Positions 1-13,420 of a DNA stretch of 64,000 nt are shown piece by piece (within the stretch, counting starts at the first letter, position 1; each line of letters begins with the position of its first letter). The DNA lies in the NCBI RefSeq assembly GCF_020745735.1, contig NC_083407.1:70671857-70735856 (forward strand), read 5' to 3'. The position numbers and the translations under genes are program-made. The stretch is from Hemiscyllium ocellatum. Its lineage: Eukaryota. The notes under the pieces were generated by a model. The model saw only the letters and a program-made list of their open reading frames with translations, was not told where the DNA came from and searched no databases.

Positions 1-281
1 TAACTTTAATTGGGGAAGAGCCTGTGACATGGCATTCAAGTTCTACACTTTGTCCAGTGATAACTTTCATGGGTTTTAGTTTTTTGTCAAACATGGGGGC
101 ATTTCTTGCCTCTAAAAATATAAGAAGAAATAATTATTTTCTGTCATCATATTACTAAATGTGAAGTAATTGTGTCTAGCAATGTTAGTTAAAAGAAGTA
201 GACATTAACATTAAAATACTACAAAATTAGGATATAAGGACAAAAAGTAGAAGATAATTAGTAATATTTTACTTAACAAAC

Positions 282-569
282 CTTTCAGAGTTAGTGTTGC
301 ACTACATGAAGCATCTCCAACTATGTTGGAGGCTTTGCAAGTGTATTCACCAGCGTGATGCATCTCAGCATTAAGAATTTTAAGAGTTGCTACATTCCCT
401 ATGAAGGACATAATTAGATTTTCTTCGCTGGTTAGTTTTACACCATCCTTAAACCAAGAAGTTTCAATAGGTGCTGAACCAGATATGTGACATTCAAATG
501 TCACTGGAAGGTGAAGAGTTCCTTTCATTCCCTGAATTTTCTTTATGAAAGAAGGTGCAATTTTACGTT
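282..569 (-). CDS. ttn: titin I-band Ig exon C' (9th domain of 10-Ig super-repeat)
   Basis: 288 bp; ERKIAPSFIKKIQGMKGTLHLPVTFECHISGSAPI; donor GTTTGT. Confidence 0.9.
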
Positions 570-737
570 CTGTAAAACAGACAATTACAGGCTGCATTAA
601 TCACACAGCGATCATACAGGATCTTTTATTTTAACAACATAATATATTTAAGATATTCAAACAGAAAATTTATAAGATGCAAATATATGTCAATCTGCCA
701 AGAACAGATATCAAATGAATCCATTAAGTAACATCAC

Positions 738-1016
738 CTTGGATGGTAAGCATGGCCTTTGATGAGCAAGCCCCTATTTTATTTTCAGCTTTGCATATAA
801 ATTCCCCACAGTCACTCAAAGTTGTTTTCTTCAGTTCCAGTCTTGCAACATTGTTCACAAAGTCCATTTTACAATTAGGGGTGGCTCTCAGTTTTGTATC
901 TCCTTTATACCAAGACACTTTAATTTCTGGTGTTCCAACTAGTCTGCACTGAAAAAATCCTGGATCTCCTAATGTTATTTCCAAAGGTTCTAAATGTTGG
1001 ACAAATGTTGGTGGTT
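738..1016 (-). CDS. ttn: titin I-band Ig exon H (8th domain of 10-Ig super-repeat)
   Basis: 279 bp; [28 protein letters not shown]; donor GTGATG. Confidence 0.9.
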
Positions 1017-1135
1017 CTAAGATAAAAGCAAGATGTCAGCAATGAAAGATTATGCATATTATATATATAGGAAAGAAAGTAACAAAATACTGATGTAAAG
1101 TCGGTGACTAATAGAAATTGGTGAGTTTAACAAAC

Positions 1136-1414
1136 CTAATACTTTCACTTCAGCATGACAAATGTCCATTCCAGCATCATTTTCTACCTCACAAGAGTAT
1201 TTTGCATCATCGTCTCTAGTACAGTTGAGAATCTCCAAAATACAAGATGTTTCAGTAGTAGTTAAAATGTGCTTGTCTGACTGGAATATAACTAATCCGT
1301 TTTTCTTCCAGCTGACTTTGATTTCTGGGGTACCAATGTACGTGCAATCTAGACAAACTGACTTCCCCAGTACAACACTACAATCTTTCAACTTCTTCTG
1401 GAATACTGCTGGTT
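1136..1414 (-). CDS. ttn: titin I-band Ig exon G (7th domain of 10-Ig super-repeat)
   Basis: 279 bp; EPAVFQKKLKDCSVVLG..TTTETSCILEILN; donor GTTTGT. Confidence 0.9.
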
Positions 1415-1503
1415 CTGGTAAAGACAAAGAAGAAAACAGTTCTCAAAAAGGCATACAGAAGCAAAATGTTGAATTTGTTTCTTTAAATTTGCGTTTCACA
1501 AAC

Positions 1504-1782
1504 CTTTTACAAGCAATTTTGTTGTACAAGAAACTTTGCCAGCTTCATTACTGACTTGGCAGATATAGTCTCCACTCTGGGAAGATTTCACATTTAGTAG
1601 CTCCAATATTGCTGTTGAGTCACTTAAAGAAATGTAACATTGCCTTCCTGCAACTAGTTCAGTGGTACCTTTAAACCAGGATACTTTTAATGGAGCTGTT
1701 CCTGTAACAACGCTTGTAAATTTCACATTTGAACCAGGTAAAACTTCCTGAGGATCAGGTTTGTGAATGAATGAGGGTGGTT
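1504..1782 (-). CDS. ttn: titin I-band Ig exon B9
   Basis: 279 bp; EPPSFIHKPDPQEVLPG; donor GTTTGT. Confidence 0.9.
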
Positions 1783-2219
1783 CTAAAGAGTTCAAAGAAA
1801 AATAGTAAAATATGACATTAAGCAATAAATTTATCAAAAATGTAAATGTAAAGACAATAATATTTTTGTTACAAAACAAAATTGTTTTTCTCTTTGCTCA
1901 CATTTTTTATCCCTCTGCTATCTTCTTTCCTGATAGCAATAGTCCGTGCTAATCTCTACATAATGGCAACTATCTAGTCCCTCAATCAAGAGATCATTCT
2001 TCACACAGCATCCAGAAAGGTAGTCACCAGCAATTTGATCATTTGTTCAAGGCAATAATCAAGACTTGACCTTTTTCTGGCCTAACATCTAAACTGATGC
2101 CTCTCAGAAGTGACAGCAAGTGTTCTGGTTAATTTCTTTCCATTTTCTGTCTAAGATCAAGACATCAATATCAGTGTCTCTGCCCCTCTAGAAGAAGCCT
2201 GGAAAATTCATAGATCAAG

Positions 2220-2968
2220 TTATAGGAATATTGAAATAAGAGCCTGATCTGTCATTCAACTAGAACTTAGCCGTTCTTTCACCCCACTGTAATTTTCCTG
2301 CACTATTCACATATCCCTTGATACCTTCCCCTTTCCACACATCTATTGATTATGGTTTTGACTATATCTAATGATTGAACTTTCACAGACATCAGGGTAG
2401 AAAATTTTGAATATTTGTCATCCTCTGAGTGATGAAATTCTTTCGCAGTTAATTCTAAATGGCCGATCTTTAATTCTAAACTTTATGTGCACTAGTTCTA
2501 GATCCCTGTCCCCTCACTCTGTTTGTTCTGTAAGAATTTTGCGTGCTTTAACCAGATCACCTTTCATTCTTCTCAACATTGGTGAATATAGGCCCTGTAT
2601 CCTCAAACAAATATCCCACTCTTCCAATGATCAACCTGATGAATCATATCAATTACTTTCACCATTGCAGAAGTTAGCTTTCAGTGGCTTATGAACTAAG
2701 ACTCCAAGGTTTCTTTGAATATTGACACTTTTCATAAATTGTGTTTGTTCTACCAAAATGTGAAAGTATAAAGTTTTTGACATTTTACTCCATTGGTGAT
2801 GCTTAGACCCAGGCCATTAACTATCCAAATACTCTTCATGTCTCTTTCATCCTCCTCACAACTCTCATTCCCACCTAAGCTTTGTGTTATCAGCAAACTT
2901 GGAGATATTATATTTGGTCTCCACATCTAAATCATTGACATAGATTGTGAATAACTGGCCACCCAGCC
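2220..2968 (-). mobile_element. degraded CR1/L2-type LINE 3' fragment
   Basis: Reverse-strand LINE RT C-terminal/3'UTR-like phrases (e.g. ccacatctaaatcattgacatagattgtgaa, caaacttggagat); no intact ORF. Confidence 0.55.
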
Positions 2969-3360
2969 TGTAACGTTGTGGTTCCTTAGCAGTTACAATC
3001 TGAGAATGGCCAATTTATTTCCTTTTTGTTTGCTAAACGGTTCTCAATCAGTGCAAGTGTGTAATGCTGAATACAAATCCACAAACACAGAAAAAAATTA
3101 GAGATGAAACTAGAAGAAAGCGTAGGGTCAGAAACAAAGTTCAGAACACGAGTGATAAAAATTACATTGGAAGTACCACAGTAGCCGAGAGCACTGTTGT
3201 AAAGGACAAAAGGCAAACCAAATCACATGTGCATACATTCATTTTGGTATTTGAATCCTCTGAAAGTTTGGGGAGTTGCTGAATTAAATATTAATTCAAG
3301 AGTATAAAGGCAGTAAGAGTAGTATACTTAAGAGAGAAATCAGGAAGGCAAAAAGGGGAC

Positions 3361-3826
3361 ATGAGACAGTCAGTGCTGGAGGATTTGAGCTATAGGGAGA
3401 GTTTAAATGGGCTAGGGCTGTTTTCCCTGGACCGTCAGAGGCTGAGGGGTGACCTTAGAGAGGTTTATAAAATCATGAGGGGCATGGATAGGATAAATAG
3501 ACAAAGTCTTTTCCCGGCGTTCGGGGAATCCAGAACTACACGGCATAGGATTAGGGTGAGAGGGGAACGATATAAAAGAGACTTGAGGGGCAGCTTTTTC
3601 ACTCAGAGGGTGGTACATGTATGGAATGAGCTGCCAGAGGAAGTGGTGGAGACTAGTACAATTGCAACATTTAAAATGTATCTGGATGGGTATATGAATA
3701 GGTAGGGTTTGAAGGGATTTGGGCAGATGCTGGCAGGTGCAACTAGACTGGGTTAGGATATCTGGTCGGCATGGACGAGTTAAACCAAAAAGTTTGTTTC
3801 CATACTGTACATCTCTATGACTCTAA
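3361..3826 (+). mobile_element. CR1-type LINE 3' end (HER1-like)
   Basis: ORF 3361..3705 LEDLSYRESLNGLGLFSLDRQRLRGDLREVYKIMRG..FFTQRVVHVWNELP is the CR1 ORF2 C-terminus, followed by 3'UTR and tail. Confidence 0.85.
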
Positions 3827-6623
3827 TAATGTGTATGAAGCATACTGAGCAAAACTACATTAAATGGATGTAGATTAAAGAACAGGAAACTAAACTAAAA
3901 AGGAGAATTTGAGGGATTACACGGATTGTAGGCTGCTGCAGAATGTCTTCAGGTTTGCCTGGCTTCATGAGAATTTATCACTCCTCAGATTTTAATTAAA
4001 GTTGAAAGACATTTGAAGAAAAATGAAGTGGGATAAGTGACATAATCGATTTCTTTTGTTTTCCTTCTTTTAAAAAATGTGCTACTCTTTCCTGTGTGCA
4101 TACTGGATTACTTTTGGTGCATGAAATTTGTGTTAAATTGTAACTATATAATTTGGTTTAAAGGGGAAATGTGCTGTATTTTAAATGTTTCGCAAAATTA
4201 TAGTGAACACAGTGTTGGAATTGATAGATCCTGGCATTAGAAATGTGCTGCAAAGTTGTCTGGATTTGAGGAATCTGGTTCCTGGCACAGTTCTTAAAAG
4301 ACTAGAGGGGGGTTTGGATGTTACTAATTATGATGTGGAGACAAACATTTATAGATGATTTAAGCTAAAAAATAAGGCAACTGAAAAGTTTGGAGATGCT
4401 GTATGATTAATCTAAAATCCTGTAAAAGAAGGTACAGGGCTACATAAAATAACATAGATTTAAAGATTCACGTTACGAGATAAGAATGACAATGCGACTT
4501 CAAAATCACTTCCAAGCTGGTCAGAACCAGACATAGAGCAAATGTACAACTGATTGCAGTGACAGTGAATAACAACTTGCATCAAATGTTCCTGCAGATA
4601 CCAGTTCCCGGCTTTGGAAGGTGGTGCAGCTCTGTAACAGAGATGGCACCGGAATCAGGTCAGGATTGGACATTCTGAGTATGAAATTGTAACTATGTGC
4701 ACCTGACAGGTGGACTGCAAGGAGGATGGTGAGGAGAGGGTGACTGTTGAATTCATTGGGTTCAAATGGCAGGGTGAGGATGGGAATGAGAAGGGAGAGC
4801 TTCTAGTCACCCAACCACAAATGGAACATCAAACCAGACCACCTGCCACTACCCCAGGAAAGGTAGTACAGACATTTGCTCTGTACAAAGAGTCCTCAGA
4901 AGGGATTTCTGCTGATGAAGGCAGCTATGACTCTGTATAATAATGTACACCATGAGTACACCATTTGTGATTGTGTTGAACATTACAGACATAGCAATAC
5001 CACTCAGGTGCTCATAAAAGACACCTCCTTCCCACCCAGAGCACTATTTTAGTGAAATAAATGGAACACTCTGACGGGAGTAGGGTACACTGGTAGCTCC
5101 ACAAAAATGTCCTCCCACCCTCCAACTGAGGAGGGAAATTGTGGATTTAATATCACAAGCAACTGCAGTATGGAGGCAAAACCAGTCACATGAAATCAAA
5201 TCAGAAGTCTATGTGGTTAAAGGCTGGTACGAGCCACCACATCCCACAAGTTTTGAAAGACATTTGGAAAATCGCAGGGGAAGATTGCGTTGGTGGATAT
5301 ACACTGATCAGAAACAATCAATCTTTATGCTACAAAAAAAATTTGAGATGAGCTTGAGCAGTACATTAACCAATCTGCATATCCAACATGCCCACTACCC
5401 ATTTCAATAACATCAATGCAGGGCTAGATAACCCACAGGGCCTGTTACACTCTCCATCAGGAAATGGGGCGCATCAAGGATCAGGTCAAGGAAATCCAAG
5501 ACACAACTTGATGGGAGGAATCTAGAACTGGGACTGAAATCTACAAAGCTACCTCAGATCATACTATTGTCCATGATTTGGTGGTGCAGTCAAAAGTGGC
5601 GATGAACATGATTTGCCTTCCGTGCAAAATTTGAAGGTAAAAGAGGAGTAAGGACTTGGCTGAAATTGTAAAGAAAGCTGAAACAGCATCCCTAAGGAAT
5701 GTTCCAACTAATTGGGAGAAACTAGTGTGAGACCTCAAAATAATGCAGGAATAGTTTGGTTTATTTTGCATCAGTTGCTAACAGTTCCAGTCCTACCAGA
5801 AGCAAATAGTTCCAATTTATGGTCATCAGAGGCAGAAGGCTTTAGTAGAATCTGAATCTTAGGGACCTTGGAGGCTCCTGTGTCAACCACAGACAGCAGT
5901 TTGGAAGGTATGGATTTCTTGAGCCAAACATTAGCCAAGGACCACACAGGGAGGATTGTCTGGGGAGACTGATGAATGGGCATAAAAGGGTAATGGTGTA
6001 AAGAGCTAAGCTGACAGAAGTTTGTCTGTGAGAGACAGAGAATCACATGAAATAGTTTATCAAGGGAAGACATGGTCGACAGGGTGGAGTCAAGAAAAGC
6101 AAAGATTTTAAAGGCAATGTGATTAAAGAAAGGTGGGAGAGACTGAAAGAGAGAAAGCATGTTTTAGATGTAAAGTTCTAGAGTTAACTAATATTAGAAG
6201 CAAGAGTGTTCTGACCTGAATTGGCCAGCCTTAAGATATGGAGATGTCTATGTTTATTGGGGAGTCCTCAAAGGCTAGACAGGTTTAAAATATTTGAAGA
6301 CATAACCTTGTTGCAACTGAACAGAAAGCTGAGGATATCTCGGCCTGAGTACATCCATGGAGCACAGAAAAGAATATGATTTAAGATACTGGCTTAGATT
6401 AAAAGTTCTTTATCCTTTTAGTACCTTTTAAATAACTGACTGTTTAAAATGGAGAGCATTAATTAGTATTCACGTCATTTGATTTCAAATTTACTCTCGT
6501 GGCTACATGCTTAATACCTAGGTTTTCAGACTCTTAAAAATAAATATTGCTCTGTACTGAGATAATAACAATACAAAGAGTGAGGAAAATACCAAAAGCT
6601 TCATTGAGAAAACAAAAACTGAC

Positions 6624-6911
6624 CTTTCACAGTCAAGACACCACTGCATTCATCAGTTCCTGCAGCATTTGTTGCTTTACATGTATAATTACCAGCATCT
6701 GACAGTTCCAAAGTACTTATTTTCAAACCACATGTATTATCTCCGAATGTGAGTTGATATTTTGCACCATGTGTGATCTCCTGTTTGTCTTTGAACCAGG
6801 CCAAAGTAATAGGAGGTGATCCAGACACTTTGCAATCCATCTGGATGGGAGAGGCCAAGATTCCATCCACTTTCTTTAATTTTCTTGTAAATTTTGGAGG
6901 AATAATTCGAT
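6624..6911 (-). CDS. ttn: titin I-band Ig exon C9
   Basis: 288 bp; DRIIPPKFTRKLKKVDG; donor GTCAGT. Confidence 0.9.
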
Positions 6912-7011
6912 CTGTTTGAGTTACACAAAAACCATAATTAGAAAAAGATTTATTCACAAGCAGTTAAGAAATCCTGAAAAAATATGAAATAGAAAAAGGA
7001 CTAAACCAGAC

Positions 7012-7290
7012 CTAGTACGCTGACTGATGCTTTGCAGCTGCTACTACCAACATTATTCTGGACTTCAAACGTGTATTGGCCACTGTCAGCCTTCTCTGCA
7101 GACAGAATCTTTAGGTTGGAAATTCCATTTATAAAACTGATCTGATACTTTCTACCAGATGCTAACTCATGACCATCTTTCAGCCATTTCACTCTTAGTT
7201 CAGGTGTGCCTCTAACAATGCATTCCAAAGTTGCTGGATCTCCAGCACTCACACTGACAGATTCCGCTTTTTCCACTATTGTGGCAGGTT
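7012..7290 (-). CDS. ttn: titin I-band Ig exon D9
   Basis: 279 bp; EPATIVEKAESVSVSAG; donor GTCTGG. Confidence 0.9.
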
Positions 7291-7420
7291 CTAAATTGAA
7301 AGAAAGTCTTTTTACAAAAAAGCACTCGACATACAGAAAAAAATAAAATTATATCGAGCAATGCTCTTAAGTATGAACCAAATTCTAGAAATAACAAAAA
7401 AACTGACATCAGGCACTAAC

Positions 7421-7699
7421 CCAGAAGTGACACTAGAGCAGTGCATTCTTGCGTTCCAGCATCATTTTTAATTTGACAAACATACTTTCCAGCATGAACT
7501 GCTTCCATTTTTGCAATATGCAAAGTTACAGTATTTTGTTCATAGCTAGTTGTCATATACTCATCGACTTTCACTTCTTCCTTCTCCTTGATCCATGTTA
7601 CATGAATTGGTTCTGAGCCTTTAATAGTAGCTTGTAAAGTTATAGATTCTCCAAGCACAGAAGAAATGTTTGAAAGTCTCTTCACAAATACTGGTGGTT
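7421..7699 (-). CDS. ttn: titin I-band Ig exon E9
   Basis: 279 bp; EPPVFVKRLSNISSVLG; donor GTTAGT. Confidence 0.9.
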
Positions 7700-7803
7700 C
7701 TGGAGAATTAAATAGATGTTCTTTACTTGTGAGGCACAAACTGAAAAATTCTTTTCCAAAAATTGTCACAGTAGGAATAGTCAAGTTTGGAAAATTTACA
7801 AAC

Positions 7804-8082
7804 CTTTTAGATTTAATGTGCCAATGCAAGTGTCACCTCCCACATCGTTCTTGACGACGCACATGTATTCGCCTATATCTGGTGTTTCAACTTTCAGAAT
7901 ATGAATACTTGCTACATGGTTTTCATATGTAACTTTGTACTTATTACTTGCTCGGATTTGCCTTTTGTCTTTGTACCAGGTAATTTCAAAAGGAGGCGTA
8001 CCGCTGATTTCGCACTGCTGTATGACATCAGAGCCTTTTACGACATTAACTGTCTCAAGTGTTTTAATGAAAACTGGAGGCT
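7804..8082 (-). CDS. ttn: titin I-band Ig exon F9 (not in ORF track)
   Basis: 279 bp, read by hand: EPPVFIKTLETVNVVKGSDVIQQCEISGTPPFEITWYKDKRQIR..DIGEYMCVVKNDVG; donor GTTTGT. Confidence 0.88.
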
Positions 8083-8175
8083 CTGTAGGAAGATTATAAT
8101 TTGTCTCACTTATGCATTCATGATGAAAAGATACTCTTCGGAATAATTTTTAAGCACTACATGAAAGCTACCTAC

Positions 8176-8457
8176 CTTTGACAGTAAAAGCGACATTGCA
8201 ACTTGCACTGCCAGCTGCATTTTGAGCTTCACAAATGTAATCACCACTATCTTCCAGATCAGCATGTATGATTTCAAGGACTGCAACAGACTTATCGAAA
8301 CGCATTTTGTATTTGTTATCAGCACTAATTTCAAGGTCATTCTTGAACCATGAAACCTTGATTTCAGGTGTGCCTGTCACTTTGCACTCAAAGTGTGCTG
8401 ATTCACCCTTCTTCAGTACTTTGGATGGTTCTGGCTTCTGAATGAAGGATGGGGGCT
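8176..8457 (-). CDS. ttn: titin I-band Ig exon A9 (start of first 10-Ig super-repeat)
   Basis: 282 bp; EPPSFIQKPEPSKVLKKG; donor GTAGGT. Confidence 0.9.
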
Positions 8458-8905
8458 CTAGGGTACCAAAACAGAGGACATTTAGTGGTAAGCCTACAAG
8501 AATAATACCACTTGGAATATTTGGAAATGTGAAACATTTGAAAAGAAATAGAACATTGAACAAAGATCAGCAAGAGCATGTTTACAAAAGCAAATATGAA
8601 TCAAAGATAATTTTAGTGTAACATGTAATGAAAACATTCAATAGGATTGGTTCAATGAAGAGAATAAGACAAAACATTCTTGAAATCATGAAGAGTATAA
8701 GAAGTTAATGTAAAATGGATGTGATAAAGAGTGCAAGATTATCGCATATGTTTGATATCTGAAGAACACAAGATGCTTACAGTGCAAAGTACAAGAAAGA
8801 AGACCTGCATATGCTGAAAATATTCAGCAACTTAAAGACATTAACAAGTGAAATTCAAATAAGATACTGCTATTATATACCGACACCACAAAAAAAATTG
8901 CACAC

Positions 8906-9184
8906 CTGTAACGAATAACTTTGCTGTGCAAGTATTTGTGCCAACATCATTCATGACATGGCAAGTATAATATCCTGTACTGGAATGTTTTACTGAATAC
9001 AGTTGTAGAGAACTGGATGAACCTTCTGCTGTAATACAACACGTAGCATCAGAGATTAACTCCTTGTCATCCTTAAACCATTTGAAAGACAGAGGTGGTG
9101 TTCCTTTCACATCACTCTTGAAATGCACTGCAGAATTGGGGGGAACCTCCAGTGACTTTGGTTTTACTATAAATCTTGGTGGCT
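8906..9184 (-). CDS. ttn: titin I-band Ig exon B8
   Basis: 279 bp; EPPRFIVKPKSLEVPPN; donor GTGTGC. Confidence 0.9.
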
Positions 9185-9374
9185 CTAAAATTCATTGAAG
9201 AAGAAAAAAATATTTGTTGCAAGGAAGAGCACATAAAGATTCATCAACTTTTGCATTATAAAATATGCAACTAGAAAGCTTTCTCAGCAAAAGTCTGTTA
9301 AGATTAAAGTATAATACAAGTGATGTTCTTCATATTAAGAAATGAAGAGAAAACACAAAGACTTTATTTCAAAC

Positions 9375-9662
9375 CTTTCACAACAAGTGTGGCACTGCAC
9401 TCATCACTTCCTGCTACATTTGTTACTCTGCAAGTATAAATTCCACCATCTGCGATTTCTAGTTGATTCATCTCCAAAGCTGAGGAATTATCTTGCTGTG
9501 ATATCTTATATTTGTTGCTATCTGATATCTCCTTTCCATCTTTATACCAATGAATGCTCATCGGAAGAGAGCCAGATACTTTGCACTCCATGGACATGGA
9601 AGACCCTAATGCCATGCCCATATCCTTTAACTTTTTCGTAAATGTTGGAGCAATTTGTTGAT
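9375..9662 (-). CDS. ttn: titin I-band Ig exon C8
   Basis: 288 bp; DQQIAPTFTKKLKDMGM; donor GTTTGA. Confidence 0.9.
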
Positions 9663-9788
9663 CTGTACAATATAGAGCACAACCTGTAAGCACAACTGTG
9701 AAAGTAGCCTAGAATTCCAAGACTAATTTCATGCTTTAACTGCATTTCTACTCACATCCATATCTGTTAACACAGTATAAATACTGAC

Positions 9789-10067
9789 CTAATACAGTCA
9801 AGAAAGCTTTGCAGCTATCGACTCCATATTCATTCTGGACCTCAAAGGTATATTCACCACTGCTCGACTTCTCTACTGACAGAATCGTCATACAGGCTAC
9901 ATTTTTCTCAAAACTCAATTTGCAATTTCTGCTGGATATAACCTCCTTTCCGCCTTTGAACCATTTAACTTTTAGATTTGGTGTACCAGCTACAGTACAT
10001 TCCAAATTTGCTGGATCTTTCACAGTCACACTGTGTGACTTTGCTCGCTCGACAATTTTTGCAGGTT
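9789..10067 (-). CDS. ttn: titin I-band Ig exon D8
   Basis: 279 bp; EPAKIVERAKSHSVTVK; donor GTCAGT. Confidence 0.9.
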
Positions 10068-10208
10068 CTGTTAAGAAAAAATAGTGGCCTGAGTAACATT
10101 CAATTGTTTTATGCATTTTTGAATTGCACAAAAAGTAATAAATTTAAACTTAGCAGCAACTGACTTCAATATGTTAGTTAATCATATTTACAAATGCTTC
10201 CTACCAAC

Positions 10209-10487
10209 CTGTGACTGCCAAGGTAGCAAAACATTTCTCAATTCCTGCATCATTTTTAGCCTGACACTTGTATTTCCCACCATGCTTTGCTTCACCAGCT
10301 TTAATTTGCAGAGTGGCAATATTGTTTTCAAAAGAAATTGCTAGATTATCATCTTCTTTGATATCTTCATTATCTTTCATCCAGCTTATAGATAAAGGAT
10401 GTGATCCTTTTACATGACATTGAAATGTAGCAGGATTTCCAGCCACTACTATAATATTTTCAATCTTCTTTATAAATGAAGGGGGCT
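10209..10487 (-). CDS. ttn: titin I-band Ig exon E8
   Basis: 279 bp; EPPSFIKKIENIIVVAG; donor GTTGGT. Confidence 0.9.
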
Positions 10488-10649
10488 CTGGTTTAAAATA
10501 AATACAGGCAGAAAAATATGAATTACTTCCTGTTTTCTCCCATGAAGGTAAAAAAGCAATGTGTAATAGCAAATGTTTTTTGAAATGTTTTGGAACTAAC
10601 TATGTCAACATTACAATTAAAAGTACTTTTCAATCGCAATGTAACTAAC

Positions 10650-10928
10650 CTTTCAAGCTGACATCACAACTGCAGGAGCAGCTTCCCACATCATTAGTTA
10701 CAGTGCATTTATATTCACCAACAAATGAAGGACCAATCTTCAACATATGAAGACTAATTAGATAGTTCTCAGTGACCATCTTATATTTTTCACTAGATCG
10801 AATCTGTTTATTGTCCTTGTACCACATAACTTTAAAGGGAGCAGAACCGGCCACTTCACATTCAAGGGTGACACCACTGTTTCTTACTACCTCAGCAGAT
10901 TGAAGTTTCCGCCTAAAACTGGGAGGCT
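10650..10928 (-). CDS. ttn: titin I-band Ig exon F8
   Basis: 279 bp; EPPSFRRKLQSAEVVRN; donor GTTAGT. Confidence 0.9.
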
Positions 10929-11044
10929 CTATAAAGTAATCACAATAAAGTCCAAATCAACCAAAGCATAGAAATAATAGAAGCTTTAATCAAGAAAATT
11001 AAAGTATGTATTATGCTGCCAAATTACAAAGACAATTTACAGAC

Positions 11045-11326
11045 CTTTAACTTCAACCTCAGTGCTGCTGCTGTCACTACCAGCTTCATTCCTCGCTTCA
11101 CAGATGTAGCATGTACTGTCCTCCAAACTAACATTAATAATTTCAAGAACTGCCACAGAGCCATCAAATGACATTGTACATTTATCACTGGCTATAAGTT
11201 CATGACCACCTTTGTACCAAGTAACTTTGATTTTTGGTGTGCCAGTTATAATGCACTCAAAGCGTGCTGTGTCTCCTTTCTTTATTATTGTTGATGGATT
11301 TAGCTTTTTAATGAAGCTTGGAGGTT
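11045..11326 (-). CDS. ttn: titin I-band Ig exon A8 (not in ORF track)
   Basis: 282 bp; near-copy of A6, EPPSFIKKLNPSTIIKKG..DSTCYICEARNEAG; donor GTCTGT. Confidence 0.88.
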
Positions 11327-11994
11327 CTAGAAATCAAAATGTTATAAGTGTCAGCATAAATCTAAAAGGATAACTAAAAGCAATTCAAACTAACAGTCAA
11401 ATATAAATAATGATCAATAATGCATTTACAATCAAAATTTGCCAACTTAATGAAACTGGTTCATACTCAATTGCAGCTCTGTTAATGGTAAAGAAAACAA
11501 TTTCCTTTTTCATATGCTATCAGCATTTTTTTAATTGTCTCTGTTATAATGGCTATTTTTCATTCTTTGGAATTGGATATCACTAGACTATGCAAGTTCT
11601 CAAAATCGTCACTTTTATCATTTTATCACATAAATCAATTTGAATTGAGTTTATTTTTTTGCCGGTCTTCAAGCTGAGAATACATTCTCCACCACTCCAC
11701 ATACATCACCTAACAGTGACTATCAGAACATAGTCTACTCCAAACTATAGAGTTTCAAAAGAGGGAATACTAAGTCTGACTCGCAGTCCAGATTTACTAT
11801 GCTGTAAAACTAATGCTGGATAATTGGTATTGCTCCCTGTCCATGACTGGCAATGTAAATCCTACCACCACAGCTGATCAATTTCTAAAAAAATAAGTCA
11901 AAAGTGCTGAACTTTTCAACTAGCTAGGATCGCAAAGCAATCTTACGTGAAGTAGAGTTGTAAAAACTGTAAAACAATATACAAAAATGCACAC

Positions 11995-12273
11995 CTTTCA
12001 CAAACAATTCTGCAGAACAGGCAACTGTCCCGACATCGTTGCTGACTTGGCAGGTGTAACTGCCTGCATCAGATATTTTAGCTGAGACCAACTCTAGCAA
12101 GTATGTTGAGCCTTCATTCCAAATAGAATATGCCACACCATGCATCAATTCCCTGTCCCCTTTGAGCCATTTTGTAGATAACGGTGTGGTTCCTTTCACA
12201 ACACTCCTAAACTGTACAGTAGAACCAAGTACAACATCCCGCGATGTTACTTTTTCGACAAAGCTTGGAGGCT
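11995..12273 (-). CDS. ttn: titin I-band Ig exon B7
   Basis: 279 bp; EPPSFVEKVTSRDVVLG; donor GTGTGC. Confidence 0.9.
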
Positions 12274-12529
12274 CTAAAATTCACACAGGAAAAAAACACA
12301 TTTAATTAACTCATGTACAGAGAAACTATAAGACATGATGAGGTTGAAGAGAATGTTGTAGAGGAATGCTAATATGATCTTCAAAATCAATGAATTAACA
12401 AATCAAAGATAATGGTGTTTGATGAGTACGTTTAGTTACTTCACTAGTGTCGTGAAGAGAAAGAAACTGCTTGGGTAAAGAAATTAATATTCACACTGAG
12501 AAGAAAATATAACAAGATAATGTTCAAAC

Positions 12530-12817
12530 CTTTTACACTTAAGAAAGCACTGCATTCGTCCATTCCTGCTGAATTTGCAGCTCTACAAGAGTAAATTCCA
12601 CCATCTGAAACGTCTAACTCAAAGACCTCCAAAGACAGCATGTTGTCTTGAGATAACATCTTGTATTTGATACTGGCTGATATTTCATTGCCATCTTTAT
12701 ACCAAGAAATGTCCATTGGAATTGAACCAGAAACTTTACAATCCATTCGCACAAAAGCTCCTAAAGTACTGCTCATTTCCTTTAATTTTCTCGTAAACAA
12801 TGGAGCAATTATTTGTT
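12530..12817 (-). CDS. ttn: titin I-band Ig exon C7
   Basis: 288 bp; EQIIAPLFTRKLKEMSS; donor GTTTGA. Confidence 0.9.
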
Positions 12818-12937
12818 CTGTCCAGTGCAAGAGTAAAACAAAAGTCAATAAAAATATGCCCACTATTTTCAAGTTTCTGACAATTTTAATGTTTTTTTCA
12901 AGAAAATTAAAGCCATCAACACAAATTAATCACTGAC

Positions 12938-13216
12938 CTAACACTGTCAAAGAAATACTGCAGCTGTCAGCTCCAAACTCATTCTGGACTTCGAAAGTAT
13001 AGTCAGCACTGTCATCCATTTCCACAGACTGAATTTTTAGACTTGCCACTTGATGTGCAAAACTTGTTTTAAATTTTCTATCTGATTCCAGTTTCTTTCC
13101 ATTTTTGAACCATGCAACACTTAGTTCTGGTGTACCGGCTACAGTACACTCCAAAATTGCTGGTTCTCCTGCAGTCACCGTGAGTGGCTCAGACTTATCT
13201 TTGATATTCGCAGGTT
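12938..13216 (-). CDS. ttn: titin I-band Ig exon D7
   Basis: 279 bp; EPANIKDKSEPLTVTAG; donor GTCAGT. Confidence 0.9.
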
Positions 13217-13309
13217 CTGTGGGAATAAGTAGATATCTGCATGAGGAGAACTATGCAATAAATTTGCTACTTGCCGTCATTTCATATGGATAGAGCTGGC
13301 TGTAGATCT

Positions 13310-13420
13310 TTTTTGTATCAACACATTCAGATGTATTATGACAAATTTCTGGAGCAGGTGGTTTTGGGTTTGGGTTGGGGTCTTCTGGCTCAGAGGTAGG
13401 TGTACTACCACTGTGTCACA
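13310..13420 (-). mobile_element. short SINE-like repeat (tRNA-like head), minus copy
   Basis: Reverse complement gtgacacagtggtagtacacctacctctgagccagaagacc..cacctgctccagaa aligns with the plus copy at 13577-13685. Confidence 0.5.
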
